From positions 1-64,000 of the forward strand of contig NW_027590745.1 of assembly GCF_964213995.1 (NCBI RefSeq): a stretch of DNA of 64,000 nucleotides, given 5' to 3'. This document shows positions 13,400 to 24,345 of the stretch, in pieces. The position numbers and the translations under genes were made by a program. The notes below the pieces were generated by a model that saw only the letters and a list, made by a program, of their open reading frames with translations, had not been told where the DNA came from and did no database searches. Each line of letters begins with the position of its first letter. Within the stretch, counting starts at the first letter, position 1. This stretch comes from Mustelus asterias (Eukaryota).

Positions 13400-14385
13400 T
13401 TTTCAGAGTTCCTCAAATCACTGCTCTCATCATATTCTGAGGTCCACACTCAATGCCTTGCGCCTTCACTTGCACATTCTCAACTTCCCTCTTCAGCAGC
13501 ACTGACTCACACCATCTCAAAACTGATCTGGTTCCCAATTTCCTTTCATCCTTTGCCTAATCCTCCACCTGGACATTAGCTTTCATTTTTTCCCCTCAGG
13601 TTTCAAGAACGGTAAACTTCCATCAAGTCCAATATCTCACTGAAGCCTTCTTCACCTTGACTTTCTTCCTTTGATCCCCATTGCTTCTTCCAATCTCACT
13701 GCTTGCCATGTTTTCAACTATCCCCTTTGCCCTTCCCCTTTCTGATTCCAAACAATCTGCATTTCCTTTGCCTACTTTCAAAGTAGGTGTGGTGTTGAAC
13801 TCTTCTTCTATCATCTTCATCTCCTCGTCCACCTCTTTGGCCAGGTGTCCTCCTCTCAGCACAGCACACTCTTTTATCTATCTCCAGTATTCTCCCTCCA
13901 CACACCTCTATCTTCTTACCTTTTGTTTTGCTTGGGAACTGTTTCTGTGACACAACCATCTTTATTTCCCTGCTCCCTTTACTCACTCTCATCTATCTCT
14001 CAAGGTGCAGCATTCTGTTCTTTAACGTTCAACCCCAACATTGTCAACAAACCTTTGACAAGGGTGGTGCTTGTTATTCCATATCAACCTCTACCTATTG
14101 GAGGCTGAACACCAACTCTCAGGCATCTCCTCTTATCTCTTTTAGACTATAACCCGACTACTGAACACCATGCCATCAGTTCCAATATGTCACTGACCAC
14201 ATCTTCACTAGGGATTTTCCCTCCAAGGCCTCCAACTTCACAGTCCCACAGATCCCCTAACAAGGGGTCATCAGCCTGAAATGTTAACTTTGTTTCTCTC
14301 TCCAAAGATACTGCCTGAGCTGCCAGGTATTCCCAATATTTTCTGTTTTCATTTCAGATTTCCAGCATCCCAGTATTTTGTTTTT
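13400..14385 (+). mobile_element. Decayed Penelope-like element (N-terminal RT region fused to terminus)
   Basis: IVNKP-DKGG motif near 14040, EAEHQLS, DYNPTTEH; terminus gaaatgttaact...cagatttccagcatc. Confidence 0.6.
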
Positions 14386-14437
14386 TCATCAGTGCCAGGA
14401 ACCCATACTGCATTACCACAAGAGTTTCAGGGCTGTC

Positions 14438-15800
14438 ACAGAATCGTTACAGTGCAGAAGGAGGCCGTTCAGCAATTGTATCTGCACTGGATCTCCAAAT
14501 AAGCATCATGAATTATAGATTCACAGAATTATTATGGTGCAGAAGGAGGCCATTTGGCCCATCGGGTCTGCACTAGCTCTTCAAACAAGCATCATGACTT
14601 GGCGTTATTCCCCTGCCTTTTTCCCGTAACGCTGCACATTGTTCGTATTCAAGCAATCGTCTAATGTCCTCTTGAATGCCTGGATTAAACCTCCCTTCAC
14701 CACACTTTCAGGCAGAGCATTCCAGACCCAAACCACCCACTGTGTGTAAAACAAAATCACACCTTACATTTGCTCCTTTTGCAAATCACTTTAAATCTGT
14801 GCCCTCTCATTCTTGATCCTTTTATGAGCAGTTTCTCCCTATCTATGTCCAGAACCCTCATGATTTTGAACGCCCCTATCAAATCTCGTCTTGGCCTTCT
14901 TTTCTTCAAGGAGAACAGTCCCAACCTCTCCAATCTATCCTCATAACTGAAGTTTCTCATTCCTGGAATTATTTTTATAAGTATCTTCTGCACTCTCTCC
15001 AGTGCGTTCACATCCTTCCTATAGTGAGAGACATATCTATTGAATCATAGAATCCTACAATGCAGAAGGAGGCCATTCGGCCCATCGAGTCTGCACCAAC
15101 CACAATCCCACCCAGGCCCTATCCCCGTAACCCCATGCATTAACTCTAGCTAGTCCCCCTGACACGAAGGGGCAATTTAGCATGGCCAATCCACCTAACC
15201 CGCATATCTTTGGACTGTCGGAGGAAACCGGAGCACCCGGAGGAAACCACGCAGACATGGGAAGAATGTGAAAACTCTGCACAGACAGTGACCCAAGCCA
15301 GGAATTGAACCCGGGTTCATGGCGCTGTGAGGCATCGGTGCTAACCACTGTGCCACCATGCCACCCCCATAGTGGGGCACCCAGAACTGTACATAATATT
15401 TCAGCTGAGGTCTAGCAAATGTCTTGTATATGTTCAGCACAACCTCCTTTCTCTTGTACTCTATGCCCCTATTATAAAGTCCAGAATTCTAGGTACTTTA
15501 TTATCTCTCTCCACCTGTGAATGATCTATGCAGATCCTTCTGCTCCTGCAAGAATTTTAAGAATTTTACCCCTCATTTTATATTGTCCCTCAATGTTTTT
15601 CACCTCACATTTCTCCACATCGAAATGAATCTGCCACCCACTCCACCAACTTGCCTATGTCCTTTTGAAGTTCCGCACTGACCTCTTCACAGTTTACAAT
15701 ACTTCCAAGTTTAGTGTCATCTGCAAACTTTGAAATTGTCCCTTGCACACCAAGATCTAGATCATTAATATATATCAGGAGAAGCAAGGAACCCAAGGGC
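14438..15800 (-). mobile_element. Decayed CR1 LINE, interrupted by an HE1 SINE
   Basis: [24 protein letters not shown]; RPQLKYYVQFWVPHY; ALERVQKILIKIIPGMRNFSYEDRL. Confidence 0.85.
15043..15362 (-). mobile_element. HE1-type tRNA-derived V-SINE with CR1 tail
   Basis: A box tggcacagtgg, B box ggttcaattcc, V-domain body, tail ggcctccttctgcattgtaggattctatg. Confidence 0.9.
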
Positions 15801-16149
15801 AATTCTCCTGCTTTTTGCCCCCATACCCTTGAAAATTGTTATGGAACACATCACAGCATTCTATACCATTAAATAATGCATCATCAAAATGGATTCAAAT
15901 GTTACAGAATGCAATATCACAAGGGGTTCATAGTGATAGAGTCACAATGGGACAGAAGGAGGCCATTTGACCCATTAAGTCCATGCCCAATGCATCATCA
16001 TTAGGCTATAATAGTTATAAAATACATCATCACCAGCGTTTCACACTGTTATAACACTTACCATCACAAGGTGTCCATACAGATACAGAGCACATCAAAA
16101 GATTCAAACTATTAAGACGGGTGGGGATGGACAGGAAATTAAATTAACC

Positions 16150-17765
16150 TAAATATAAATAAAACAGGAAGAAAGAACATAGATAAGAATAAACTAAGTG
16201 AGGACATGGGTGGAAAAGTAGAATTATGGAACAGGAGTGTAAAAGGATGGTTAAAAATAAAGTAAGAGAAGTGTTATTAAAATGAGTTAAACTGTCTGTA
16301 CTGTACAGCAATGCACATCGTGTCTCTAAAAAGCTAGGGAAACTGAAGTACACTGTGAGAAAGCAGATTATTAAGACGTGGCCACAGAAAAAAACAAGTC
16401 TGGGAATTAAACATTGCAGAGTTAAACATATTTAGGGAAGATAATGAGAAAACATAATAGCAGTAGAAAAAAGTGGTGTGGCTATCAGTTTGTCAGAAAT
16501 AGAACTTATAAAAGATAATGAAGTATTAATCACACTAATAGGTCTACAGACCAGCAATTAGAGAAAGGCATGTGGAGAAAGGAATATGTAAAGTATTAGG
16601 GGATTGAGTAAAACACATGAAATGATCTAGTAATTGTGGATGAACTACGGCTGAACTAGAGAAACATTTGAGGGGAAGTAAGTACAGGAATAGCAAGGAC
16701 AAGTGTGGCAGGGAGAATATAAAGAAATTAGAAGAGAAATCAAAGACATAACTCAGAGGACAGAGAGGAACTAGGGGACTAAATTGTCAGCAGGCGGATA
16801 AATAAAAAAGGACATGGGGATAGGAATATGGTCATGCAAAATGGACTAGATAATATCATAGACAACAATAGAGAAATGTCTGAAATATTAAATAATTACT
16901 TCAGTATTGACCAGGGACAGGACTAATCGATATGGTAATGGTATTAGAAATAAGATAATTGCAATTAAATTAAAAAGAAGTGAAATACTAAATAAACTAA
17001 TTTAAGTCCAATTTAATAAAGAGTAGATATTTAGGCTGGATGTTGCAAAGAGAAGGCTTAAGGGTGCTGGCCTAATAGAGTCTTTAAAATTATGGAAAGT
17101 TTTAATAGAGTAAGCAAGATTATTTCCATTTGTGAGGAAGAGCAAAACTAACAGCCATCAATATCAGAGAACCACCAGGAAATCAAATAGGAAAGTCAGG
17201 AGAGGCGTCTTTTTTTATCCATTCACGGGATGTGGGCATCACTGGTTGAAGCAGCGTTTATTGTCCATCCCTAACTGCCCTCCGTTTCAGAGCATTTGAG
17301 AGTCAACCACATTGCTGTGGGTCTGGAGTCACATGTAGACCAGACCTGGTAAGGACGGCAGATTTCCTTCCCTAAAGAACATTAATGAACCAGGTGGGTT
17401 TTTACAACAATCGGCAATTTCATGGTCATCATTAGACTTTTTTTATTCCAGATTTTGAATTCAAATATTACCATCTGCCGTGATAGGATTCGAACCCGGG
17501 TCTCCGGATTATCACTCTAGTGACAGTATTACTATGCCACTGCCTCCCCCACTCCCTTTGCCTAGAGAGTGGTGAGAATGTGGAACTCACTACCACGAGG
17601 TGGTGAAAGCTATAGATGCATTTAAAGGGAAGCTGGGCAAGCAGAGGAGGGAAAAGTAACTGATGGGACATGCTGATAGAATTAGATGAGGAAAGACAGG
17701 AGAGAACTTGAGTGGAGCCAAAACACTGACATGGACTGTTTCTCTGCCGTCTATCCTACATCATC
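16150..17765 (+). mobile_element. Highly decayed CR1 remnants with a nested minus-strand LINE 3' fragment (~17215-17545)
   Basis: Purine-rich CR1-like EN/RT remnants (tacagcaatgcac, tggaactcactacc); nested ttcacgggatgtgggcatcactgg element. Confidence 0.5.
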
Positions 17766-17849
17766 ATAAGGATTGTAACTGTTGTAGAACATGTCATCAC
17801 GAGATTTGTGTGGTTATTGAATGTGTCAAAAAGGTTCCACATTACAAAG

Positions 17850-18770
17850 CATTTATAACAGGCCATTCAGCCCAGCAGGTGCATGCTACTCTTTATGTTC
17901 CACATGGGTTACCTCTCACTTATCTTCATCTAACTCCCATCAACATTTCCTTCTGTTCTCTTTCCCTCCTACACTATTCACCTCAATGACTCCTTGTGGT
18001 AGTGAGTTTCCCACTCTACTAAAGAGATTTCTCCTCAGTTGCCTATTGCATTGATAAGTTACTAACTTCTATTCATGATCCCGAGTCTGGACTTGGCTAA
18101 AATTGAAAGCAACTTCCATATATCTACCCAACAAACCCTTTAGAATCTTAAGGATCTCTAACATGTCACCCCTCAGTCCTCTTTCCTGGAGAAAAGAGTT
18201 TAAGTGTCACAAGTAGGCTTAGTAGAAAATTCCCTAGTCGCCACACTCCGACACCTGTTCAGATACACTGAGGAAGAATTTTAACATGGCCAATGGATCT
18301 TACCAGCATGTCTTTCGAACTGTGAGATGAAACCGGAGCACCCGGAGGAAACCCACACAGACACAGAGGGAACGTGCAGACTCCGCACAGCCAGTGACCC
18401 AAAGCCAGAATTGAACCCAGGTCCCTGGCGCTGTGAGGCAGCAGTGCTAACCACTGGGCCGCCACAACCTGTTTAATCTTTCCTGATAGGTAGAACCTCT
18501 CAGTTCTGATATTCTGGTAAATGTTTTACACACCTTGTTCAGTGCTTCTACATTTTATAAAATGGACACCAGAACTGTACACTTTACTCCTGTTGAGGTC
18601 TAACCAAGGTTCTATACACAACTTCTCTGCTTTTTAATTCTTTAGAAATTAACTTCTATGGGTTTTTATGGCCATATTAACCAGTGCTGCTTAGTGATTT
18701 GTGCATCAGTAACCTCCCACACCTCACAAATCCGTCTGTTCCTCTACCTCATTTGGACATTTTCAAAGAT
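17850..18770 (-). mobile_element. Decayed CR1 3' fragment containing an HE1 SINE
   Basis: ccagaactgtacac...ggtctaaccaaggtt motif; CR1 tail at ~17858. Confidence 0.6.
18200..18465 (-). mobile_element. HE1-type V-SINE with non-CR1 (L2-like) tail
   Basis: Head gcggcccagtggttagcactgctgcctcacagc; tail cggagtgtggcgactaggg. Confidence 0.88.
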
Positions 18771-18814
18771 TACTAGATGGAGATCTGGAAAGGTCAGGTT
18801 GTCTTATGACAAAT

Positions 18815-19240
18815 TACCCTGTTTGATTGGAATCCATCCACCATGTACCTTAAACTTTCACTCCCTCCAGCACTGGTGCACAGTGTGTACCATCTACAAG
18901 ATGCGCTGCAGCAACTCATCAAGGCCTCTTAGACACCAAATCCACCAAACCTGCAACCATGACCAACTAGAAGGACAAGGGAAGCAGACGGATGGGAACA
19001 TCACCATCTGCAACATCCCCTCCAGGTCACACCCCGTCTTGACCTGGAACTATATCGCCATTGCTTCACTGTTGCTGGAAGTCCCTTCCTAACAGCACTG
19101 CAGGTGCAGGTCCACTGCATGGACTGCGGCGGTTCAACAAGGCAGTTCACCACCACCTTCTCAGGTGTAATTAGGGATGACCAATAAATGCTGGCCTAGC
19201 CAGCAACGCTCACATTTCATGAAAAACAAAATTAAAGAAA
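18815..19240 (+). mobile_element. LINE (CR1/L2 group) 3' fragment
   Basis: cactccctccagcac...tgtaccatctacaagatgcgctgcagcaactc...aataaatgctggcctagccagc. Confidence 0.65.
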
Positions 19241-19439
19241 AATAGCAACATTTTTGTGCATTATCACTTCAAGTTTCATACATTTAAGGAAAGCTAAGGG
19301 TTCAATATCGCTATTGAACACCCCACCACCAGGGGTCCACAGAATGCAAATCACAAAGTATCTATTCTGTTATAGGACACATCATTAGAATGGTTTCAGG
19401 GCATTACCACCAGAGGTCCTTAAGGTCATAAAACATCAT

Positions 19440-19566
19440 GGCCGGAATTTTAGTGCCCTGCCCACCATGGGAATTGGAGCGGGCGAGGGGTGGACAATGG
19501 GAAGGTCCGTTGACCTCGGGCGGGATTTTACGGTTTCGGGATGAGCAAGGCCTTAAAACCCCGCCC
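19440..19566. mobile_element. Harbinger-type MITE
   Basis: Imperfect TIRs ggccggaattttag / ttaaaaccccgccc; 3-bp TSD CAT. Confidence 0.8.
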
Positions 19567-19669
19567 CATCACATGGAGTCCATAGTTCATGTTACATGTT
19601 ACCTGGGGGAGTCCTCACTGTTTTACAGCACATTATCACAAGGAAGGCTGTGAAAAGCAGATAGATTTT

Positions 19670-19960
19670 TTAAAAATTCATTCATGGGACGTGGGCTTTG
19701 CTGGTGAGACCAGCATTTATTGTCCATCCCCAATTGCCCTTGAGAGGATGGTGGTGAGCTGCTTTCTTGAATTGCTGCAGTGCACGTGATGTAGGTACAT
19801 CCACGGTGCTGTTAGGAAGGGCATTCCAGGATTTTGCCACTGCAACAGCGAAGGAATGGAGATATATTTCCACATCAGAATGGTGAGTGGCTAGGAGTGG
19901 AACTTCTAGGTGATGGGGTTCCCAGGTATCTGCTGCACTTGTCCTTCGAGATGGTATCGG
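19670..19960 (-). mobile_element. LINE 3' fragment, same family as 18815-19240
   Basis: Reverse complement of the same tail (SWNALPNSTV, LQQFKKAAHHH). Confidence 0.65.
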
Positions 19961-21056
19961 TAGGTGATCAAGGTAAAACAGTAAATGATCAATGGGAGGA
20001 CATTGGATAATCTGGGGACAGAGAAGATTATTGTCCTGAGAGAAAGGAAAGACATTTAAAGCTACAACTACAAAAGCTACACAAGGTATTGTGCTCAAAA
20101 TAACACCGAGAGATGTGATATAGTTTAATAATGCAGTAGAGAACCAAGCTGAATTCTGAAATTCCAGAGGGAAACTGAAAAAGGAAATGAAGAACAAAGA
20201 GAAAGTGAGATACGTTTAGTGGGTAGCATAAAGAGATATCTAAGAGAAGATGGAGTTAATTTAGGACCAAAACGGAAGTCTTATGGGAGGCATGGAGCAT
20301 AGCTGAGGTGCTAACTGAATACTTTTCATTTGATTTCATGAAGTAGATGACTCTGCCAATGTTTAAAGAAAAGCAGAGGGAGTGGATAAATTAAATAGGA
20401 TAGAAATAGCCAAAGAGAAAGTACTTAAAAAACTTGGTAGTGATTGTCTCTTTAAGGGCAACACAGCAGAGTAAGAATCACCTGGGTGGGTGACCAATCG
20501 GGACTGAGAGTGGGGAATCACCCCTGGGGGAGGAGTTCTCTTAGGCAGAGACATTCCTGAACTAGCAGCAGAAATGACAACCTCCACACAGAGCTCAGTC
20601 TGCGAATTTGGGAAGAGCTTGAAAATTCATCTCTACCCTCCAGCTAAAATTTCATTTTCATCCATATAATCCATCACTACCCCCCCCCCCCCCGCATAAC
20701 TATTCCATATCCAGTCTTTCTGCCTCCATCTCTACTATTCACCTGCAATTCTGCTCTCCATTCTGACACTTCAGCCCCACACTTCTGCCTCGATCCCGAC
20801 ATGTGCCCGTCACCCTGACACACTATCTAAAACCTTACGCACTGCCTCTCCAACAAAACATTAGTACATTTAGCCCTGTCTCTCTACCGCCTGTCTCTGT
20901 AATGAGTGATGGTACAGTGCTACCTCTCTCTCTCTCTCTCCCTCTCTGTCTTTAAACTGAGAACAAAAACAGTAAGGTTTGTCTGGCTTGTCTCCATAAA
21001 CCAGTAGGGGTACGGTAACGCCTGTTTCAATCTTGTTATGAGTGGGTGGTTTGCGA

Positions 21057-21208
21057 CCTGTATCTCTGACTGTATATTGAGCACTGGTACATTGAGACCA
21101 GTTTCCCTGACTCTGTAGTGAACTCTGGTACAGCGAGACCAGTATTTCTAACTGTATAATGAACACAGGTACAGTGAGACCTGTATCTCTGCCTGTATAA
21201 TGAACAAT
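21057..21208. repeat. 41-bp satellite units, left part of an array split by the LTR element
   Basis: acctgtatctctgactgtataatgaacactggtacagtgag, ~4 degenerate copies. Confidence 0.85.
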
Positions 21209-21296
21209 GTGTGATGTTGCCGGGGCCTGGGGATTGCGCTAGGTGAAATGGAGTTCTCTCACTCAGTTCAATAACTCACCGTTGTCCAGATACAAT

Positions 21297-21414
21297 GGGC
21301 AGGATTTTATGGCCTCGCTCATCCCAAAACTGTAAAATCCCGCTTGAGGTCAATGGACCATTCCGTTGTCTGCCCCTCGCCCACTCCGATTCCCAGGGCG
21401 GTAAAATTCCGACC
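21297..21414. mobile_element. Harbinger-type MITE inserted in the 3' LTR
   Basis: TIRs gggcaggatttta / gtaaaattccgacc; TSD AAT; absent from the other LTR. Confidence 0.85.
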
Positions 21415-21809
21415 AATATAAATGTTTATTCACCTGTCTTCAGGCACTCATCGAAACAGAAATAAAGGAATTAAATACCTCGCTCATCCTTGAGCCCAAT
21501 TTTGCATACAGTTCTGCACACAGTAAATCCTTCCTTCTCCAAGGTAGCTTCCTCTCACTCACTAGTGGGCTACCCACCTAGCGGGATTCAGTACTATGCT
21601 TATATAGTCTGATAAGACTGCACAATTGGTCCTCATCAGACTGCCATCTGACTCCCTATGGCCATCTCAGTAGGATAAGGTCTTGTCCAGATATTATGAG
21701 GGAAAAACCGACCTTCCAACGCACAGCCCCTGGTGACACCACATAACCCCTGGCCTAAACATATCTTGGGGAGCAATGTCTACCTGCAGACTGAATATAC
21801 AGAAACAAT

Positions 21810-22101
21810 TTCTGCTTGGAGGTTCATATCTGTTTCTTCCAGATTCCTGTGACCACAACCACTGCGCTGGGAAATAGAACCACTAGCCTTTTGAGGAGCT
21901 CTAGCATGTTCAGTGATTATTCATTTCCCACAAAGTTCTTTACCATTCAACTCATAAACAGTATCGTCTGCATCTTGAGGATCATCAAATTCAACAAAGC
22001 CATATCCGTTCTTTATGTCCACCTCCAAGATTTTTCCGTGGTCCTTGAAGACGCGCTCCATGGGCCTGGTAACTGAGCCTTCTGGAGTAAACCCGCGACA
22101 T
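21810..22101 (-). pseudogene. srsf4: Processed SRSF4-like (SRSF4/SRSF6) fragment, RRM1 plus linker, inside the LTR element
   Basis: MSRVYSRRLSYQA / ERVFKDHGKILEVDIKNGYGFVEFDDPQDADDTVYELNGKELCGK*IITEHARAP...SGCGHR / SGRNRYEPPSR, compared with SRSF4 MPRVYIGRLSYQARERDVERFFKGYGKILEVDLKNGYGFVEFDD...GYGYRRSGRDKYGPPTR; no introns, two frameshifts, one stop. Confidence 0.88.
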
Positions 22102-22755
22102 CTCCTTTCCCTCTCTTTTCCACACACCCACTGGTGGGAGGCTTCTGATGCAGCGCTCTCGGGCTGCTACCATAGCGCCTAGAACAAAGGACAATCCTGA
22201 CCAATCAATACTTGATGTGGCAAGTGCTTTACAACACCAACCTTGACCTGGTAGGCCCCTGGGGTGTTTGAAAGTAGAGCTGCCCTATGGAATATGCCTG
22301 GGCATCCCCAGCCACACAAGTGATGGCCAAGGCATATGCTCCTTCCTCCAAGAACATGTCTTTGGACACCATGCTCGGATCCACCTAAGTTACAATGCTC
22401 CCCGACTCCCAGATGGCTTCCACAGTTCTCTCTTCCACGTGACGGGTTTTTGGGGGTGCAGGGTTGATGGTGCGGCAGGCTGCAATGAGGTTACAGTCCA
22501 TATACTTGGGGTCATTCTTGTAGGGACATTGACCAGCCAGGTGTCTCACTTCCCTACAATAGCATGATCTCCCCTCTTTTTCCTCCGTTGTGTCTGCCAT
22601 CGCAGTTGCGGTGAAGGTGTTATCCATATTGGATTCTATTCTGAGAGCCATGGCTTCCTAGTCACCTCTTAGGCAACGGCTCCAGATGTTGTCATCGGGG
22701 AACAGCGCCCTTCAGTTTGGGCCCTACTTCAGACTTCCTGTCTTCAGTGGTACTG

Positions 22756-22940
22756 ATGTGGAAATGCCGGTGTTGGACTGGGTGGGCTACAGTAAGAAGC
22801 CTCACATCACCAGGTTAAAGTCCAACAGGTTTATTTGGAATCACAACCCAGATGGACCAGGTGTATGAGATCAACCATCTGAATCGTGATTCCAAATAAA
22901 CCTGTTGGACCTTAACCTGGTGTTGTGAGACTTCTTACTG
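22756..22940. mobile_element. Penelope-derived mini insertion with inverted termini around a 41-bp core
   Basis: Arms 22756-22844 and 22886-22940 are inverted; flanking duplication ttcag/ttcat...tactg (11/13). Confidence 0.88.
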
Positions 22941-23054
22941 TTCATTAGTACTGCTGTTGCTCAACGGATTACACTGCTTGATCCACCTATTGGGGATTCC
23001 CTTGTCTCACCAATCTCCTTACATCCAGTGGTAAAGTCCTGATAAGCGATCCAT

Positions 23055-23323
23055 CGTAGAATCCCTACAGTGCAGAAGAGGCCATTCGGCCCATTGAGTC
23101 TTCACTGACTCTGACAGAGTATCTTACCTCTCACCTACCCTATTCCTGTAACCCCATACATTTCCCACGGCTAATCCACCTAACCTGCACATCTTTGGAC
23201 TGTGGGAGGAAACCCACTCAGACATGGGGAGAATGTGCAAACTGCACACAGACAGTGACCCAAGGCTAGAATCAAACTCAGGTCCCTGGTGCTGTGAGGC
23301 AGCAGTGCTAACCATGTGCCGCC
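23055..23323 (-). mobile_element. HE1-type V-SINE (CR1 tail) inside the LTR element
   Basis: Head ggttagcactgctgcctcacagc; tail ctcttctgcactgtagggattcta. Confidence 0.88.
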
Positions 23324-24345
23324 AGCACAACTCTTCCCACCACAAGTCCTAGGCTGAGCTCCTCTGGTTATAGCCACCTCTTGGCCAGGTGCATGAGATC
23401 AACCGTCTGGGCCTGGGGTGCTCTGTCTTCTTTGTATACCCAGGCATGGAAGCGCTGAACCTGTGTAACCATCATCACTCCTAACCACGGTACAGTTTCT
23501 TTCTTCAGTGCCTCGTAATCCTCTGCTGCTTTCTCTTCCAGGTCATAATAAGCCTCTGGGTTTCACCAGGCACATGCGGGGCAATAATTCCATCCCGTTG
23601 TTCTCATGGCCAGGCGTTCCTGTTCACTGTCCGCTGAAATATCCTCAGAAAAGTTCCTCTGGAACTGCTGGGAGAGATTAAACCATCCAACTGGCAAGCT
23701 CAGCACTTAACCTATGGCGTTCAACCTGTAGTTGCTGATGACTCTTCCTTTACTCTTCCAGCAACAAACAGTTAGTCTCCACTTGAGTCCGAATGGCTTC
23801 GTACTGGGCCAGTACAGCCTGGACCGGTTGTTGTTGTATTAGGGCTTCCATGATTGAACTGAGTTCTCTGTGATTACCCATGACCTAACCCCACATTCTC
23901 CAGCAAATATGATGTCTCCAGGGGCTGGGGATTGCACTAGGTGGGGTGGAGTTTCTCAGTTCAATAACTCGCTGTTGTCCAGGTACAATATAAAGGTGAA
24001 TGTTTATTTACAGAACTTCAGACACTCACCAAAAGAGAAAAAAAGAGAATTAAATAACTAGTTCTTCCTTGCGCCTAACTTTACACACAGTTCTACACAC
24101 AGTACATCCTTCCATCTCCAAGGCAGCTTCCGCTCATTCACACGTGGGCTTCCCACCCAGCGAGACTCAGTACTCTGCTTATATAGCTTGGACCCTCGTT
24201 GTATCAATTATTAATCAGTCTGCATGTGACTTGCTGTGGCCATCTTGGTAGGAAAAGCTCTTGTCCAGATACTGGAGGATATCATGAGGGAAAATCCGAC
24301 CCTCCAACACACAGCCCCTGGTGACATCACAAACCTCCCAGTTAA

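Larger units (their letters stand above)
21210..24331 (-). mobile_element. Non-autonomous Gmr1-like (SCAN-domain) Gypsy LTR retrotransposon; LTRs 23908-24331 (5') and 21210-21743 (3')
   Basis: Direct repeats bounded by t(g/a)tgatgt...gaca(t/c)caca; PBS-like gctggagaatgtggg (tRNA-Ala type) at ~23890-23905; PPT ggccagggggtta at 21744-21756; SCAN-like QRFHAWVYKEDRAPQAQTVDLMHLAKRWL, zinc knuckle CYCREVRHLAGQCP, protease VEAIWESGSIVT and VLIGQDCPLF. Confidence 0.85.

Noticed and set aside
21810-22101. Functional srsf4/srsf6 gene
   Set aside because: Truncated, frameshifted, contains a stop, intronless.
23400-23700. ZSCAN zinc-finger gene exon
   Set aside because: The SCAN-like remnant lies between LTRs, downstream of a PBS and upstream of a zinc knuckle and protease, so it is retroelement gag.
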